Under the pieces are notes generated by a model that had not been told where the DNA came from, ran no database searches, and was given only the letters and a program-made list of their open reading frames with translations. Source: an uncultured Rickettsia sp. (GTDB taxonomy: Bacteria; Pseudomonadota; Alphaproteobacteria; Rickettsiales; UBA1997). Taken from it: a DNA stretch of 64,000 nucleotides. The position numbers and the translations under genes are program-made. Below, piece after piece: positions 46,134-55,757 of this stretch. Position 1 is the first letter of the stretch, and every line of letters starts with the position of its first letter. The stretch is taken from assembly GCA_964505265.1 (NCBI GenBank), contig CAZDGN010000001.1, positions 22,767 to 86,766 of the forward strand. Direction: 5' to 3'.

Positions 46134-46443
46134 TATTATTTTTTTTGGAATGTAAAATTAATATTTTGTTGCGACATTCTTCGATTTTAGCTGAAATATC
46201 GTTTAGGCTGGTTCTGGTTGCCTCAATTAGCTGACCACTTTCGCCAGATTTAACAAATTCGATATATTGGTTGGCAAGAAAATCGGCACATTTTTCAAAT
46301 TTTTGTATAGCTTCTTCGATTATATCAAATTGTTGCTCAGCGATTTCGTCGGTGCTGTTTTCAACAATTTTAATTAATTTTTCAGCGAAATTATAATATT
46401 CGATAATTTCGTTATAAAGCTGTTCTTGTTTTGCTGTTGCCAT
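46126..46443 (-). CDS. Hypothetical small acidic helical protein
   Basis: 105 aa with no recognisable motif. It overlaps the ispB start by 8 nt, so it is probably co-translated. The coding call rests on ORF length and operon position. Confidence 0.4.
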   Translation of the reverse strand: MATAKQEQLYNEIIEYYNFAEKLIKIVENSTDEIAEQQFDIIEEAIQKFEKCADFLANQYIEFVKSGESGQLIEATRTSLNDISAKIEECRNKILILHSKKNNNE

Positions 46444-46469
46444 TTATTGAAATATTAAATTAAAATACT

Positions 46470-47705
46470 TTAATTATTTTTAATTTTTAACGAATTAAGC
46501 AAATCCTCTTTTGTTTTTGAGAAATTACTTTTAGCCCATAAAATTTTTAATTCTCTAAGGTAAAAGCTCAAACGATGATTTTCACAACTAAGCGATTTTA
46601 AATCGTCTGCATCAATTACAAAATTTGGTATTGTTAAATTTATAACATAATTTATTATATTTTCCAAGTGATTTTCTTTCAAATTATGATTATTTTTGGC
46701 AAAAATTAAAATTATAAAATTTATTAAAATATTTTTTGGATAAAATAATGCCAATTCATTGATTTTAGAATTTTCAAAATTATCAAAATATTTATTTTCT
46801 TGATTAAAAATTTTAAAATTATAAAAAAATTTTTTTTCAAAATTGGTAAATTTTAAATCATTAAAAAGACGAGCGAAATCAGTGAATTCATCAAAGAAAA
46901 TTGCGCATAATTTTACTAAAAACAAATCATTTTCATTGATAAAATCCTGATATTTTAAAATAAATTTTAAGGAAAATAAATCAATTTTTTGGTGCCATAA
47001 AATCTGGTCAAAATCATATTTATCAAAAATGTTTAAGGTTTTTAAAACCATCAAATTATTTGGGCAATTTAAAATTTTTACAAATTCATCGCGAACTCTT
47101 TCTTTTGATAAAATGGTTAAATTATTTTTAAATTTGATTGAAGATTCTAGATCAATTTCTTCAAAATTATTGCTGTAGTAGCATGAAAATCTAAAAAATC
47201 GCAAAATTCGCAAAAAATCTTCGCTAATTCTTTGTTCGGAATCACCAATGAAGCGAACCTTTTGGTTTTTTAAATCTAGTAACCCATCAAAATAATCGTA
47301 AATTTTTCCTTTTTCATCAACATAAAAGGCGTTAATGGTAAAATCTCTGCGCTGGGCATCTTCGAAAAAATCATTGGTAAAATCCACCTCGCAATCTCTT
47401 CCTGAATGATTTTTATCGGTTCGTAAAGTGGTGATTTGAAAATTTTGATTATTGATTACCGCGGTAATTGTTCCATGTTTTAATGAAGTGGGAATTGATT
47501 TTATATTGTGACGATAAAGGATTTCTTGAATTTGGCTTGGCAAAAGTTTGCAAGCAAAATCATAATCATTGATTTGTTTGTTTAAAATATAATCACGAAC
47601 ACAGCCTCCAACCAAGCGAATCTTATCTCCAAAAATTCTAAAAAGAGTTTGCACCTCTTTAGGAAAATTTCTAATTTCTAAATAATTCTCTTTGGATTTA
47701 ATCAT
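46470..47705 (-). CDS. cca: CCA-adding tRNA nucleotidyltransferase / poly(A) polymerase family
   Basis: RLVGGCVRDYILNKQINDYDF (the GG.VRD...D.D nucleotidyltransferase motif), RDFTINA, RFFRF. Confidence 0.8.
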   Translation of the reverse strand: MIKSKENYLEIRNFPKEVQTLFRIFGDKIRLVGGCVRDYILNKQINDYDFACKLLPSQIQEILYRHNIKSIPTSLKHGTITAVINNQNFQITTLRTDKNHSGRDCEVDFTNDFFEDAQRRDFTINAFYVDEKGKIYDYFDGLLDLKNQKVRFIGDSEQRISEDFLRILRFFRFSCYYSNNFEEIDLESSIKFKNNLTILSKERVRDEFVKILNCPNNLMVLKTLNIFDKYDFDQILWHQKIDLFSLKFILKYQDFINENDLFLVKLCAIFFDEFTDFARLFNDLKFTNFEKKFFYNFKIFNQENKYFDNFENSKINELALFYPKNILINFIILIFAKNNHNLKENHLENIINYVINLTIPNFVIDADDLKSLSCENHRLSFYLRELKILWAKSNFSKTKEDLLNSLKIKNN

Positions 47706-48535
47706 TTTATAACAGTGATAAATAAGCCAAGTTGATTGGCTTTTTTAATTACATTTTCTTTGTCAAGAATTAAAGTAGAATTGGCTTGAATAGCAATTCC
47801 AATAATATTTGATTGATGGCAATTTATAATAGTTTTTTCACCGATGGTTGGTAAATCGGCTTTGTTGCTTTGATTTTGCTTTTTCATCTTCACTAAAATG
47901 GCATTTTTGCTGTAATTTTCATTAAAGTATTTGCAACGTTCAATCATAAAATCTGTGCCTTCTAAGGCTTCAACTGCTATGATTTGTTTTTGCGACACAA
48001 TCACTGCTTGACCCACATCAAATTTTGAAAAATGTTGAATTGCTTTTGCTCCAATTTCAATATCAATTAAATTTTGTGTAGTTGGTAATAATTCGGTAAT
48101 GGTTGATTTTGTTGAGATGATGCAATCGAGCAATTCATCGATGCGCAAAATTTTTAAACCTTCTTTTTCAAAAAAATTGATAACGGTTTTTAAGACCGCA
48201 TCGTCGCCTAATATTTTATTTGCCAAAATTTTAGCTAATAATATGGTACCTTTTTTATCAACTCTTAAATTTGAAAAATTTGGTTTAGTTACTCCACCAA
48301 TAAATACTAAATTTTTTATAGAATTTTGTTTTAAAATCTCTAAAAATTTTTCAATTTCACCGTAATTCAAAAAATAAGAATTATAAGTTGAGTAATCAAT
48401 TTCATAGTCTTCGCCTTTAAGTTGAAAAACAATAAATTTTCGTTTTTTGGCAATGCACTCGTCGATTAAAATTTTTGGTAATTGTCCGCGTCCAGCAAAA
48501 ATTGCAATTGGAAATAAATTTATGTTATCCGACAT
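47702..48535 (-). CDS. lpxI: UDP-2,3-diacylglucosamine pyrophosphatase LpxI (DUF1009)
   Basis: IAIFAGRGQLP start, FDVGQAVIV, VEALEGTDFMIER, and ADLPTIGEKTI are LpxI blocks. LpxI replaces LpxH in alphaproteobacteria. Confidence 0.8.
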   Translation of the reverse strand: MSDNINLFPIAIFAGRGQLPKILIDECIAKKRKFIVFQLKGEDYEIDYSTYNSYFLNYGEIEKFLEILKQNSIKNLVFIGGVTKPNFSNLRVDKKGTILLAKILANKILGDDAVLKTVINFFEKEGLKILRIDELLDCIISTKSTITELLPTTQNLIDIEIGAKAIQHFSKFDVGQAVIVSQKQIIAVEALEGTDFMIERCKYFNENYSKNAILVKMKKQNQSNKADLPTIGEKTIINCHQSNIIGIAIQANSTLILDKENVIKKANQLGLFITVIK

Positions 48536-49307
48536 GATTCAATGATGCTCCTCCGTCAATTGATAAAATTTGCCCAGTAAGAAAATCATTTTCTAAAATA
48601 AAATTTAGGGCTTGAATTATGTTTTTTGGATTGCCGATATGTTTTACGGGTATTAATTTTTGGTATAGTTCAATATTCTTTTTAGCATTATTTATTTGAG
48701 ATTTATCGGGTAAGATATACCCCGGAGCAATCCCATTAACTCTAATTTTTGGAGCCAATTCTAGTGCCAACATTTTGGTTAGTTCTGCAAGAAATTTTTT
48801 TGACAATAAATAATAAAAATTAATAGTTTCATATCTGGCAATATTTTTATCAATCATATTGACAATATTGGCATTTTTAGTTTTTTCCTTAGCAACTTTT
48901 TGGGCAAAAAAATGTGATAAATAAATTGGCGAAAGAACATGTAAATTAAGGTTTGGCAATAATTCATCATCAATATTTTCGATGAAGTTAGATTTGTTAA
49001 AAATTGAAGCGTTGTTGATTAAAATATTCCAATCTTGGAAGTTTTTATTCATAAAATCGGCAATATTTTTTGCTGACTCGGCTTTATTTAGATCACCCTT
49101 AATAATAGCGGTTTGCACCAGATATTTCTCTTGCAAAAACTTAGCTAAATCACTAGCTAATTTTTTAGAATTATTGTAATGAATGACCACATTATATTTT
49201 TTTTCAGCCAATGAAATCGCCATCTCTCTGCCCAGTCTTTGACTGCCCCCCGTTATAAGTGCAGTGCCTTGACTAATGTTTTTCTTTGTTGTTATGATTG
49301 GTTTCAT
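48525..49307 (-). CDS. Short-chain dehydrogenase/reductase (pteridine-reductase/FolM-like)
   Basis: [19 protein letters not shown] (TGxxxxxG), [12 protein letters not shown] (YxxxK). Substrate unknown. Confidence 0.7.
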   Translation of the reverse strand: MKPIITTKKNISQGTALITGGSQRLGREMAISLAEKKYNVVIHYNNSKKLASDLAKFLQEKYLVQTAIIKGDLNKAESAKNIADFMNKNFQDWNILINNASIFNKSNFIENIDDELLPNLNLHVLSPIYLSHFFAQKVAKEKTKNANIVNMIDKNIARYETINFYYLLSKKFLAELTKMLALELAPKIRVNGIAPGYILPDKSQINNAKKNIELYQKLIPVKHIGNPKNIIQALNFILENDFLTGQILSIDGGASLNHVG

Positions 49308-50313
49308 GGTATAATTTTATTTTGTTATTTAATTCGCGAAGAACTTCTTTAATTCCCTCTTGGGTGAGGGCTGAAATTTCGTGAATTACTACCTTGTCAT
49401 GATAAATTTTTTTAAGAAATTTTTGTAATTCTTTAATTTTTTTCTGTAATTCTTTATTATCAATTAAATCAATTTTGTTAAGAGCGATTACCTCAAATTT
49501 ATTGAGTAAATCTTCATTATATTCTTTTAATTCTTCGCGGATAATTTGATAATTTTCTACAATATTTTCGGCAGTTGCATCAATTAGGTGCAACAAAACC
49601 CCACATCTTTCGATATGTCGCAAAAACCTATCGCCAAGACCCTTACCTTGACTTGCTCCCTTAATTAATCCTGGAATATCGGCTAGTACAAACTCTGAAT
49701 TATCGATATATACTACACCAAGCTGAGGTTTTAGAGTGGTAAAAGGGTAGTCGGCGATTTTAGGTTTTGCTCTGGTGCAAATCGATAAAAAGGTGGATTT
49801 ACCTGCATTTGGCAAGCCAAGTAGACCTGCATCGGATAAAATTTTTAAATGAAGTCTGACCCATAATTCTTGACCTGCTTCGCCTTTTTGTGCGTATGTT
49901 GGAGCCTGATTTACTGAGGTTTTAAAATTAGAATTTCCAAGCCCACCTTGACCACCTTTGGCAACCACAAAAATCTCACCATCATTCATTAAATCTGCCA
50001 ATAATTCATCAGTTTCTTCGTTGAAAATTTGAGTACCAACTGGAACTCTTAAAATTAAATCCTCTCCCGAAAGTCCATTTTGATTTTTCCCCCTCCCGCT
50101 GGCACCATTTTGAGCTTTAAAATGTTGTTTAAATCTAAAATCAATTAATGTATTAAGATTTTTTACTGCTTGAAAAATTACGCTACCGCCTCTGCCACCA
50201 TCGCCACCATCTGGTCCACCTCTAGGAATAAATTTTTCACGCCGAAAACTTGAGGCTCCACTTCCTCCACTTCCGGATTGGATATGAATTTTTGCTTCAT
50301 CAATAAATTGCAT
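49273..50313 (-). CDS. obg: GTPase Obg/CgtA
   Basis: [43 protein letters not shown] (glycine-rich Obg fold), GLPNAGKST (G1), DIPGLI (G3), ALNKID (G4). Confidence 0.93.
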   Translation of the reverse strand: MQFIDEAKIHIQSGSGGSGASSFRREKFIPRGGPDGGDGGRGGSVIFQAVKNLNTLIDFRFKQHFKAQNGASGRGKNQNGLSGEDLILRVPVGTQIFNEETDELLADLMNDGEIFVVAKGGQGGLGNSNFKTSVNQAPTYAQKGEAGQELWVRLHLKILSDAGLLGLPNAGKSTFLSICTRAKPKIADYPFTTLKPQLGVVYIDNSEFVLADIPGLIKGASQGKGLGDRFLRHIERCGVLLHLIDATAENIVENYQIIREELKEYNEDLLNKFEVIALNKIDLIDNKELQKKIKELQKFLKKIYHDKVVIHEISALTQEGIKEVLRELNNKIKLYHETNHNNKEKH

Positions 50314-50461
50314 AAATTAAGATTTTTTGGACATTAAAACAAATATAAAGTCATTATAATCTTGAATTAATATTTTGCATTATAAAATATTTTTTTAAAT
50401 TTTGATTGAAGAGTTTTTTTTAAATTTTAAAATCATTTTAACTTTAATTTAAATTTTTTTT

Positions 50462-51565
50462 ATGAATAAATCTCTGCTTGATACCCTTAAAATTGGCGAA
50501 TACACCCTTAAAAATCGCATAATAATGGCGCCACTCACTAGAATGCGCTCAACTCAACCTGGTGATGCTCCAAACGAACTTAATGCAAAATATTATGCAC
50601 AAAGAGCGGGAGCTGGTTTGATAATCAGTGAGGCAACACAAATTTCTCCTCAAGGCAAAGGATATCCTGCGACTCCAGGTATTTATTCAAGTCAACAAAT
50701 TGCAGGCTGGAAGTTGGTAACCAAAGCGGTTCATGACCAGGGTGGAAAAATTTTTGCGCAATTATGGCATGTCGGAAGAATTTCACATCAATCTTTACAG
50801 CCTGATAATAAATTGCCAGTTGCTCCTTCGGCAATTCCTGCGAAAAACAGTGGAACTTTTGATATAAATTGGAAGCCAGTTGCCATTGAAACACCAAAAG
50901 CCTTAGAAATTTTCGAGATTAAATCAATTATTGAAGATTATAAACAAGCTACATTAAATGCTATCAAGGCTGGATTCGATGGGGTAGAATTACATAGTGC
51001 CAATGGTTATTTGCTCGATCAATTTTTGCAAGATGGTTCAAACCATAGAAGCGATATTTATGGTGGATCAGTTGAAAATCGTTGTCGTCTTACTTTAGAA
51101 ATTCTTCAAGAAATTTCTAAAATTATTGGTAGCAAAAAAGTTGGAATTCGCTTATCTCCCTATGGAACATTTAACGATATGAAAGACTCAGATCCAATCT
51201 CATTATTTTCCTATTTAATTGCTAAAATTAACGATTTAAATCTTGCTTATATTCATTTAATCGAGCCGCGTTCATCGGTTGCTGGTGGGAGTGATGAGAT
51301 CATCACATCAGCTCCAAACAATTCTGATATATTTAGAAGTAAATATCATGGAATCTTAATTTCTGCGGGTGGATATGATGTTAATTTAGCTAAAATTGCG
51401 ATTGAACAAAATAAAGCTGATGCCATTGCCTTTGGAAGATATTATATTTCTAATCCGGATTTAGCACAGAGAATTGCTAAGAACCAACCATTAACCAAAT
51501 ATGATCGTTCCACATTTTATGGTGGCGGTGAGCATGGCTATACCGATTACCCACGTTTTGAATAA
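50462..51565 (+). CDS. Old Yellow Enzyme family NADH:flavin oxidoreductase (N-ethylmaleimide reductase-like)
   Basis: LKNRIIMAPLTR, IISEATQISPQG, QLWHVGR, GFDGVELHSANGYLLDQFL, GRYYISNPDL. Confidence 0.88.
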   Translation: MNKSLLDTLKIGEYTLKNRIIMAPLTRMRSTQPGDAPNELNAKYYAQRAGAGLIISEATQISPQGKGYPATPGIYSSQQIAGWKLVTKAVHDQGGKIFAQLWHVGRISHQSLQPDNKLPVAPSAIPAKNSGTFDINWKPVAIETPKALEIFEIKSIIEDYKQATLNAIKAGFDGVELHSANGYLLDQFLQDGSNHRSDIYGGSVENRCRLTLEILQEISKIIGSKKVGIRLSPYGTFNDMKDSDPISLFSYLIAKINDLNLAYIHLIEPRSSVAGGSDEIITSAPNNSDIFRSKYHGILISAGGYDVNLAKIAIEQNKADAIAFGRYYISNPDLAQRIAKNQPLTKYDRSTFYGGGEHGYTDYPRFE

Positions 51566-52734
51566 TTTTTTAAGCAAGCTTTAAAAATAAAAGGATTTAG
51601 GGTTATTGAAATTACGGCACTAGAAATTACTACATCGTAAATTTCCTTTGATATTAAACCTAAATTGCTACACAACACCACCAGTATAAATGAAAATTCA
51701 CCAATTTGACTTAAGCTAGCTGACAAAACTAAAATTTCCCCTATAGGTTTTTTAAGTAAAAATAATATTAAAAAACTAAAAAATGATTTGATAAAAATTA
51801 TTAAAAATACGGTAGAAATTATTAATAAAGGTTTCTTGAAAATTATTTCTGGGTTAAAAATTAATCCAACCGAAACAAAAAATAATACTGCAAAAATATC
51901 GCGAAGGGAAACCGATTTCTCAACAGTTTTAATACCGATTTTGCTTTCATTTAAAACAAAGCCAGCAATGAAAGCTCCAAGTGCAAAAGAAGTTTGAAAA
52001 AATGAGTGAGCAATGAAAGCAAAACCGCAAGCAATGGCTAAAATTGAAAGAGAAACCAATTCGCGGGAATGAGTTTTGTATATAGCAACCAAGATTGCGG
52101 GTAAGATTTTTTTGCCAAAAGTTAACATAGCAATTACAAAAATTACAACCTTAACTAAAACTCCCGATAAGCTGTAAAAAATTTCTTGCGAATCAATAAT
52201 TTGTCCGCTTTTAATATTGGAGGCTATTATTGGAATTATAAATAAAATTACAATCATGATGATATCTTCAATTATTAGCCAGCCCGTGGCGATTTTAGCT
52301 ACTTGAGTCTTTTGTAATCGATATTGCTCAAATCCTCGAATCATAACCACTGTGCTGGCAACCGATAGGCAAATCCCATAAATTATTGATTCGGTAAGGT
52401 TAAATTTAAAAAATAAACCAATTAAAGTACAAAAAAGAGCGGTGGCAATCATTTGAAATAATGAACCGATTATCGCAACATTTTTTACTTTAAGAAGATC
52501 TTTCATTGAAAAGTGAAGACCAACATCAAACATCAATAAAATAATGCCAATTTCAGCAAGTTGTTTGGCGATTTCAACATCAGCGGTTATTCCGGGAGTG
52601 TGAGGAGAAAGAAAGATGCCGGCAATTAAATATCCAATTATGGAGGGTAATCTTAATTTACAAGCAATATATCCTAAAATGAAAGCGAAAACTACGCTAA
52701 AGACTATTGTCGAGATTAAAGGATATGTAATCAT
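51547..52734 (-). CDS. Cation:proton antiporter (CPA2 membrane domain, no RCK domain)
   Basis: 395 aa, polytopic. LPSIIGYLIAGIFLSP and ILLMFDVGLHFS are typical Kef/NapA-type blocks. Its 3-prime end overlaps the convergent OYE gene by 19 nt. Confidence 0.75.
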   Translation of the reverse strand: MITYPLISTIVFSVVFAFILGYIACKLRLPSIIGYLIAGIFLSPHTPGITADVEIAKQLAEIGIILLMFDVGLHFSMKDLLKVKNVAIIGSLFQMIATALFCTLIGLFFKFNLTESIIYGICLSVASTVVMIRGFEQYRLQKTQVAKIATGWLIIEDIIMIVILFIIPIIASNIKSGQIIDSQEIFYSLSGVLVKVVIFVIAMLTFGKKILPAILVAIYKTHSRELVSLSILAIACGFAFIAHSFFQTSFALGAFIAGFVLNESKIGIKTVEKSVSLRDIFAVLFFVSVGLIFNPEIIFKKPLLIISTVFLIIFIKSFFSFLILFLLKKPIGEILVLSASLSQIGEFSFILVVLCSNLGLISKEIYDVVISSAVISITLNPFIFKACLKNYSKRG

Positions 52735-53444
52735 TATTTAATAATTTTAGCCTTTTTAAGTTCATTTTTGGCTTCTTGCAAATCTGTTTGAAATTCCACA
52801 TTTTGCATTAGCCCGCCAATTAAATATATTGCTAATTGTTTACCACCTTGTAAGTCGCTAGGGTAGTGCATTCCAACTTGAACGCGGTGCCAAGCAACTT
52901 GATTGGCATAATCAAAATATTCATCTGCTAAATTTGGAATTAATAAACTCATAACCTGAGCATAAATATAGGCTCCCGTGGTGTGTCCGCTGGGATAGCA
53001 ATAGCCTTTGCTTGGAGATATTAAAATTTCAACATTTTTATCAGTGTCGCTTGGTCTTGGAATTTTCCAGAAATTTTTGAAGCCTTCAGTTACATCGCGA
53101 GAAGTATCGCCAACTCTATCTAGAAGGTGGTATAATTTTGGAAATTTTTGCCGAGTTAATTTTTTATTAATGTTTAAAACAACGGTGTCAGGAGTAAGTC
53201 TTTTTTCTTCGAGAGCTTTATCGATTTCTTCGATTTCAATGTTTTTTTGCATTAATAAAATTTGCTCTATTTGGTTTTTATGTTCCTTGGAATATGGAGT
53301 AAATGGCTGTTCTATGGCAAGTGGTGAAACTGAATCATAGCCAAAATATTTCTGGGCATTAGTTAATTTTATATTTAAGAAAAAACCAATTAAGAAAATA
53401 ATTGTGAAGTATTTTTTTGATAATTTTAAATTTAAGCTGTTCAT
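52734..53444 (-). CDS. Periplasmic class A (PAP2) acid phosphatase
   Basis: Signal peptide, then the tripartite PAP2 motif: KIPRPSD, YPSGHTTG, WHRVQVGMHYPSD. Confidence 0.85.
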   Translation of the reverse strand: MNSLNLKLSKKYFTIIFLIGFFLNIKLTNAQKYFGYDSVSPLAIEQPFTPYSKEHKNQIEQILLMQKNIEIEEIDKALEEKRLTPDTVVLNINKKLTRQKFPKLYHLLDRVGDTSRDVTEGFKNFWKIPRPSDTDKNVEILISPSKGYCYPSGHTTGAYIYAQVMSLLIPNLADEYFDYANQVAWHRVQVGMHYPSDLQGGKQLAIYLIGGLMQNVEFQTDLQEAKNELKKAKIIK

Positions 53445-53533
53445 TTTACTAATAAATTTTAATTTTTAATTCGTAATTTAATTAAAAGTAAATTAAAATC
53501 AAAATATTTTTTTAAATAATTTAATTTTTTAAA

Positions 53534-53998
53534 ATGACTAAAAATCATAATCAAAATATTTTTTATCAAACCGATTATGGCGATACTAGATTTATTGCCT
53601 TCAATATTTTACAAAAATTTTTAGACCAAGAAAATGTACTAAAAATTACCAATATTTTGAATGAAGAACTCGACCAATATTGTAAAAAAAACGAATTATT
53701 GGCTGAAGATCTTTTTGAAAAAATCGATGATGAATTTCTTAATCAGCTTTTAATTGGATTTGTTGATAATTTAGATGAAATTAATAATTCAATTGAAAAT
53801 TTATCAATCGAAAATACCAGCTTTGATGCTTTATTGATGGTAAAATTAATATTTTTTGAGTTAAAATTTCATCACGAAAATTCTGCGCAAAATATTTTCG
53901 AAGATTACCAAAAAATTGCCAATAGTAAAGAAATTAAATTTGATAAAAAATTATTTTTAATGTTGTTTAATCAAATTCGTAATTTTGAAATGCAATAA
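53534..53998 (+). CDS. Divergent NusB-like protein (tentative)
   Basis: 154 aa. TRFIAFNILQKF aligns with the NusB AR..A.QALY start. DALLMVKLIFFELKFHHENSAQNIFEDYQKIANS...KLFLMLFNQI parallels the NusB A.LR.A.YEL......P..V.INEA.ELAK...FVNGVL block. The similarity is weak. Confidence 0.4.
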   Translation: MTKNHNQNIFYQTDYGDTRFIAFNILQKFLDQENVLKITNILNEELDQYCKKNELLAEDLFEKIDDEFLNQLLIGFVDNLDEINNSIENLSIENTSFDALLMVKLIFFELKFHHENSAQNIFEDYQKIANSKEIKFDKKLFLMLFNQIRNFEMQ

Positions 53999-54037
53999 TT
54001 TTTTTTAAATTATTTCCTAAATTTCACTTTGCCTTTA

Positions 54038-54065
54038 TTGACAATAATTAAATAAAAAATAAAAT
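54038..54065 (+). promoter_or_regulatory. Sigma-70-like promoter candidate upstream of carB
   Basis: TTGACA (54038-54043), a 16-nt spacer, then TAAAAT (54060-54065), about 40 nt before the carB ATG. Sequences resembling a -10 box are common in AT-rich DNA, so support is weak. Confidence 0.25.
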
Positions 54066-54104
54066 AATTTTGTAAAAAAATAACTTTATAGCTACTTAAA
54101 TTTT

Positions 54105-55754
54105 ATGCCCAAAAGAACTGATATTAATTCGATTTTGATTATCGGCGCAGGTCCAATTGTAATTGGACAAGCCTGTGAGTTTGACTATTCTGGAACTCAA
54201 GCCTGCAAAGCACTTCGTTTAGAGGGATATCGAGTTATATTAGTTAATTCAAATCCAGCCACTATTATGACTGACCCAAATGTTGCCGATAGAACTTATA
54301 TTGAACCAATAACCACTGATGTTGTTGAAGAAATTATTCGTAAAGAAAGACCAGACGCCATATTGCCAACAGTTGGGGGGCAAACTGCACTTAACTGTGC
54401 TTTAGCTTTAGAAAAATCGGGTATTTTAAAAAAATATGGGGTGGAGCTAATAGGTGCTTCGGTTGAAGCCATTAAAAAAGCTGAAGATAGAGCATTATTT
54501 CAAAAATCAATGGAAAAAATCGGCTTAGAAACCCCAAAAAATGCAATTGTTCATAATTTAGAAGGTGCCAAAAAAGCCCTTAGCAAAGTTGGGTTGCCTG
54601 CAATTATCCGACCTTCATTTACGATGGGTGGAGCTGGAGGTGGTGTTGCTTACACCGAAGATGAATTTTATAAAATCGTATCCTATGGATTGACAATTTC
54701 TCCAACCAATGAGGTGTTGATTGATGAATCAATTATCGGTTGGAAAGAATATGAAATGGAAGTAGTGCGTGATAAAAATGATAATGCAATAATTATTTGT
54801 TCCATTGAAAATATCGACCCGATGGGAGTCCATACCGGAGATTCAATTACCGTGGCTCCAGCATTAACTTTAACCGACAAGGAATATCAAGAAATGCGTA
54901 ATGCTTCGATTGCGGTGCTTCGTGAAATTGGTGTTGAAACTGGTGGGTCAAATGTTCAATTTGCAGTTAATCCAAAAAATGGTAAAATGACCATTATCGA
55001 AATGAACCCAAGAGTTTCGCGTTCATCTGCCTTGGCATCAAAGGCAACGGGTTTCCCAATTGCCAAGGTAGCTGCAAAATTAGCAGTAGGATTTACTCTT
55101 GATGAGATTAAAAATGATATTACGGGTGGAGTTACTCCTGCATCTTTTGAGCCAACAATTGACTATGTTATTACTAAAATTCCAAAATTTACTTTCGAAA
55201 AATTTAAGGGAAGCGATAATATTTTGTCGAGTTCAATGAAATCGGTAGGAGAGGTTATGGGAATTGGTCGCTGTTTTTTAGAAAGCTTTCAAAAGGCTCT
55301 CCGTTCTTTAGAGGGCAATTTATCAGGAATTGATGAAATTTTAATTGAAGCTAACAATAAAACCGCTCGCCAAGAAATAATCAAAAAGAAATTAAAAATA
55401 CCGGCTCCGAATCGCATTTTATTGATAGCACAGGCTTTGCGTGATGGAATCTCGCCAATAGAAATTAATGAGATATGTAGTTATGATATGTGGTTTATAG
55501 AACAACTTCAATTGGCTATAAATCTTGAAGAAAGAATTAAAAAAGAAGGTTTGCCAGATAATTATCAAGATTTTTTATATCTAAAAAAACTTGGTTTTTC
55601 CGATAAAAGATTAGCAAAACTCGTCAATAAATCCGAGTTAGATGTTCGTAAACAGAGACAAAAGCTAAATGTTAATCCAGTTTATAAAAGAGTCGATTCA
55701 TGTTCTTCAGAATTTGACTCTATTACTCCTTACATGTATTCAACTTACGAATAG
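54105..55754 (+). CDS. carB: Carbamoyl-phosphate synthase large subunit, N-terminal half only (carboxyphosphate plus oligomerisation domains)
   Basis: [66 protein letters not shown]. The ORF ends at ...[24 protein letters not shown]-stop, which is where full-length CarB (about 1070 aa) continues into its second ATP-grasp half. Confidence 0.9.
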   Translation: MPKRTDINSILIIGAGPIVIGQACEFDYSGTQACKALRLEGYRVILVNSNPATIMTDPNVADRTYIEPITTDVVEEIIRKERPDAILPTVGGQTALNCALALEKSGILKKYGVELIGASVEAIKKAEDRALFQKSMEKIGLETPKNAIVHNLEGAKKALSKVGLPAIIRPSFTMGGAGGGVAYTEDEFYKIVSYGLTISPTNEVLIDESIIGWKEYEMEVVRDKNDNAIIICSIENIDPMGVHTGDSITVAPALTLTDKEYQEMRNASIAVLREIGVETGGSNVQFAVNPKNGKMTIIEMNPRVSRSSALASKATGFPIAKVAAKLAVGFTLDEIKNDITGGVTPASFEPTIDYVITKIPKFTFEKFKGSDNILSSSMKSVGEVMGIGRCFLESFQKALRSLEGNLSGIDEILIEANNKTARQEIIKKKLKIPAPNRILLIAQALRDGISPIEINEICSYDMWFIEQLQLAINLEERIKKEGLPDNYQDFLYLKKLGFSDKRLAKLVNKSELDVRKQRQKLNVNPVYKRVDSCSSEFDSITPYMYSTYE

Positions 55755-55757
55755 CGA

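Noticed and set aside
48525-50313. The 35-nt obg/SDR overlap and the 11-nt SDR/lpxI overlap as signs of frameshift errors or gene fusions.
   Set aside because: Each protein has a complete, family-typical N- and C-terminus at the annotated ends: the Obg glycine-rich start, the [11 protein letters not shown] near its N-terminus, and the LpxI IAIFAGRGQLP start. The overlaps are consistent with the general compaction.
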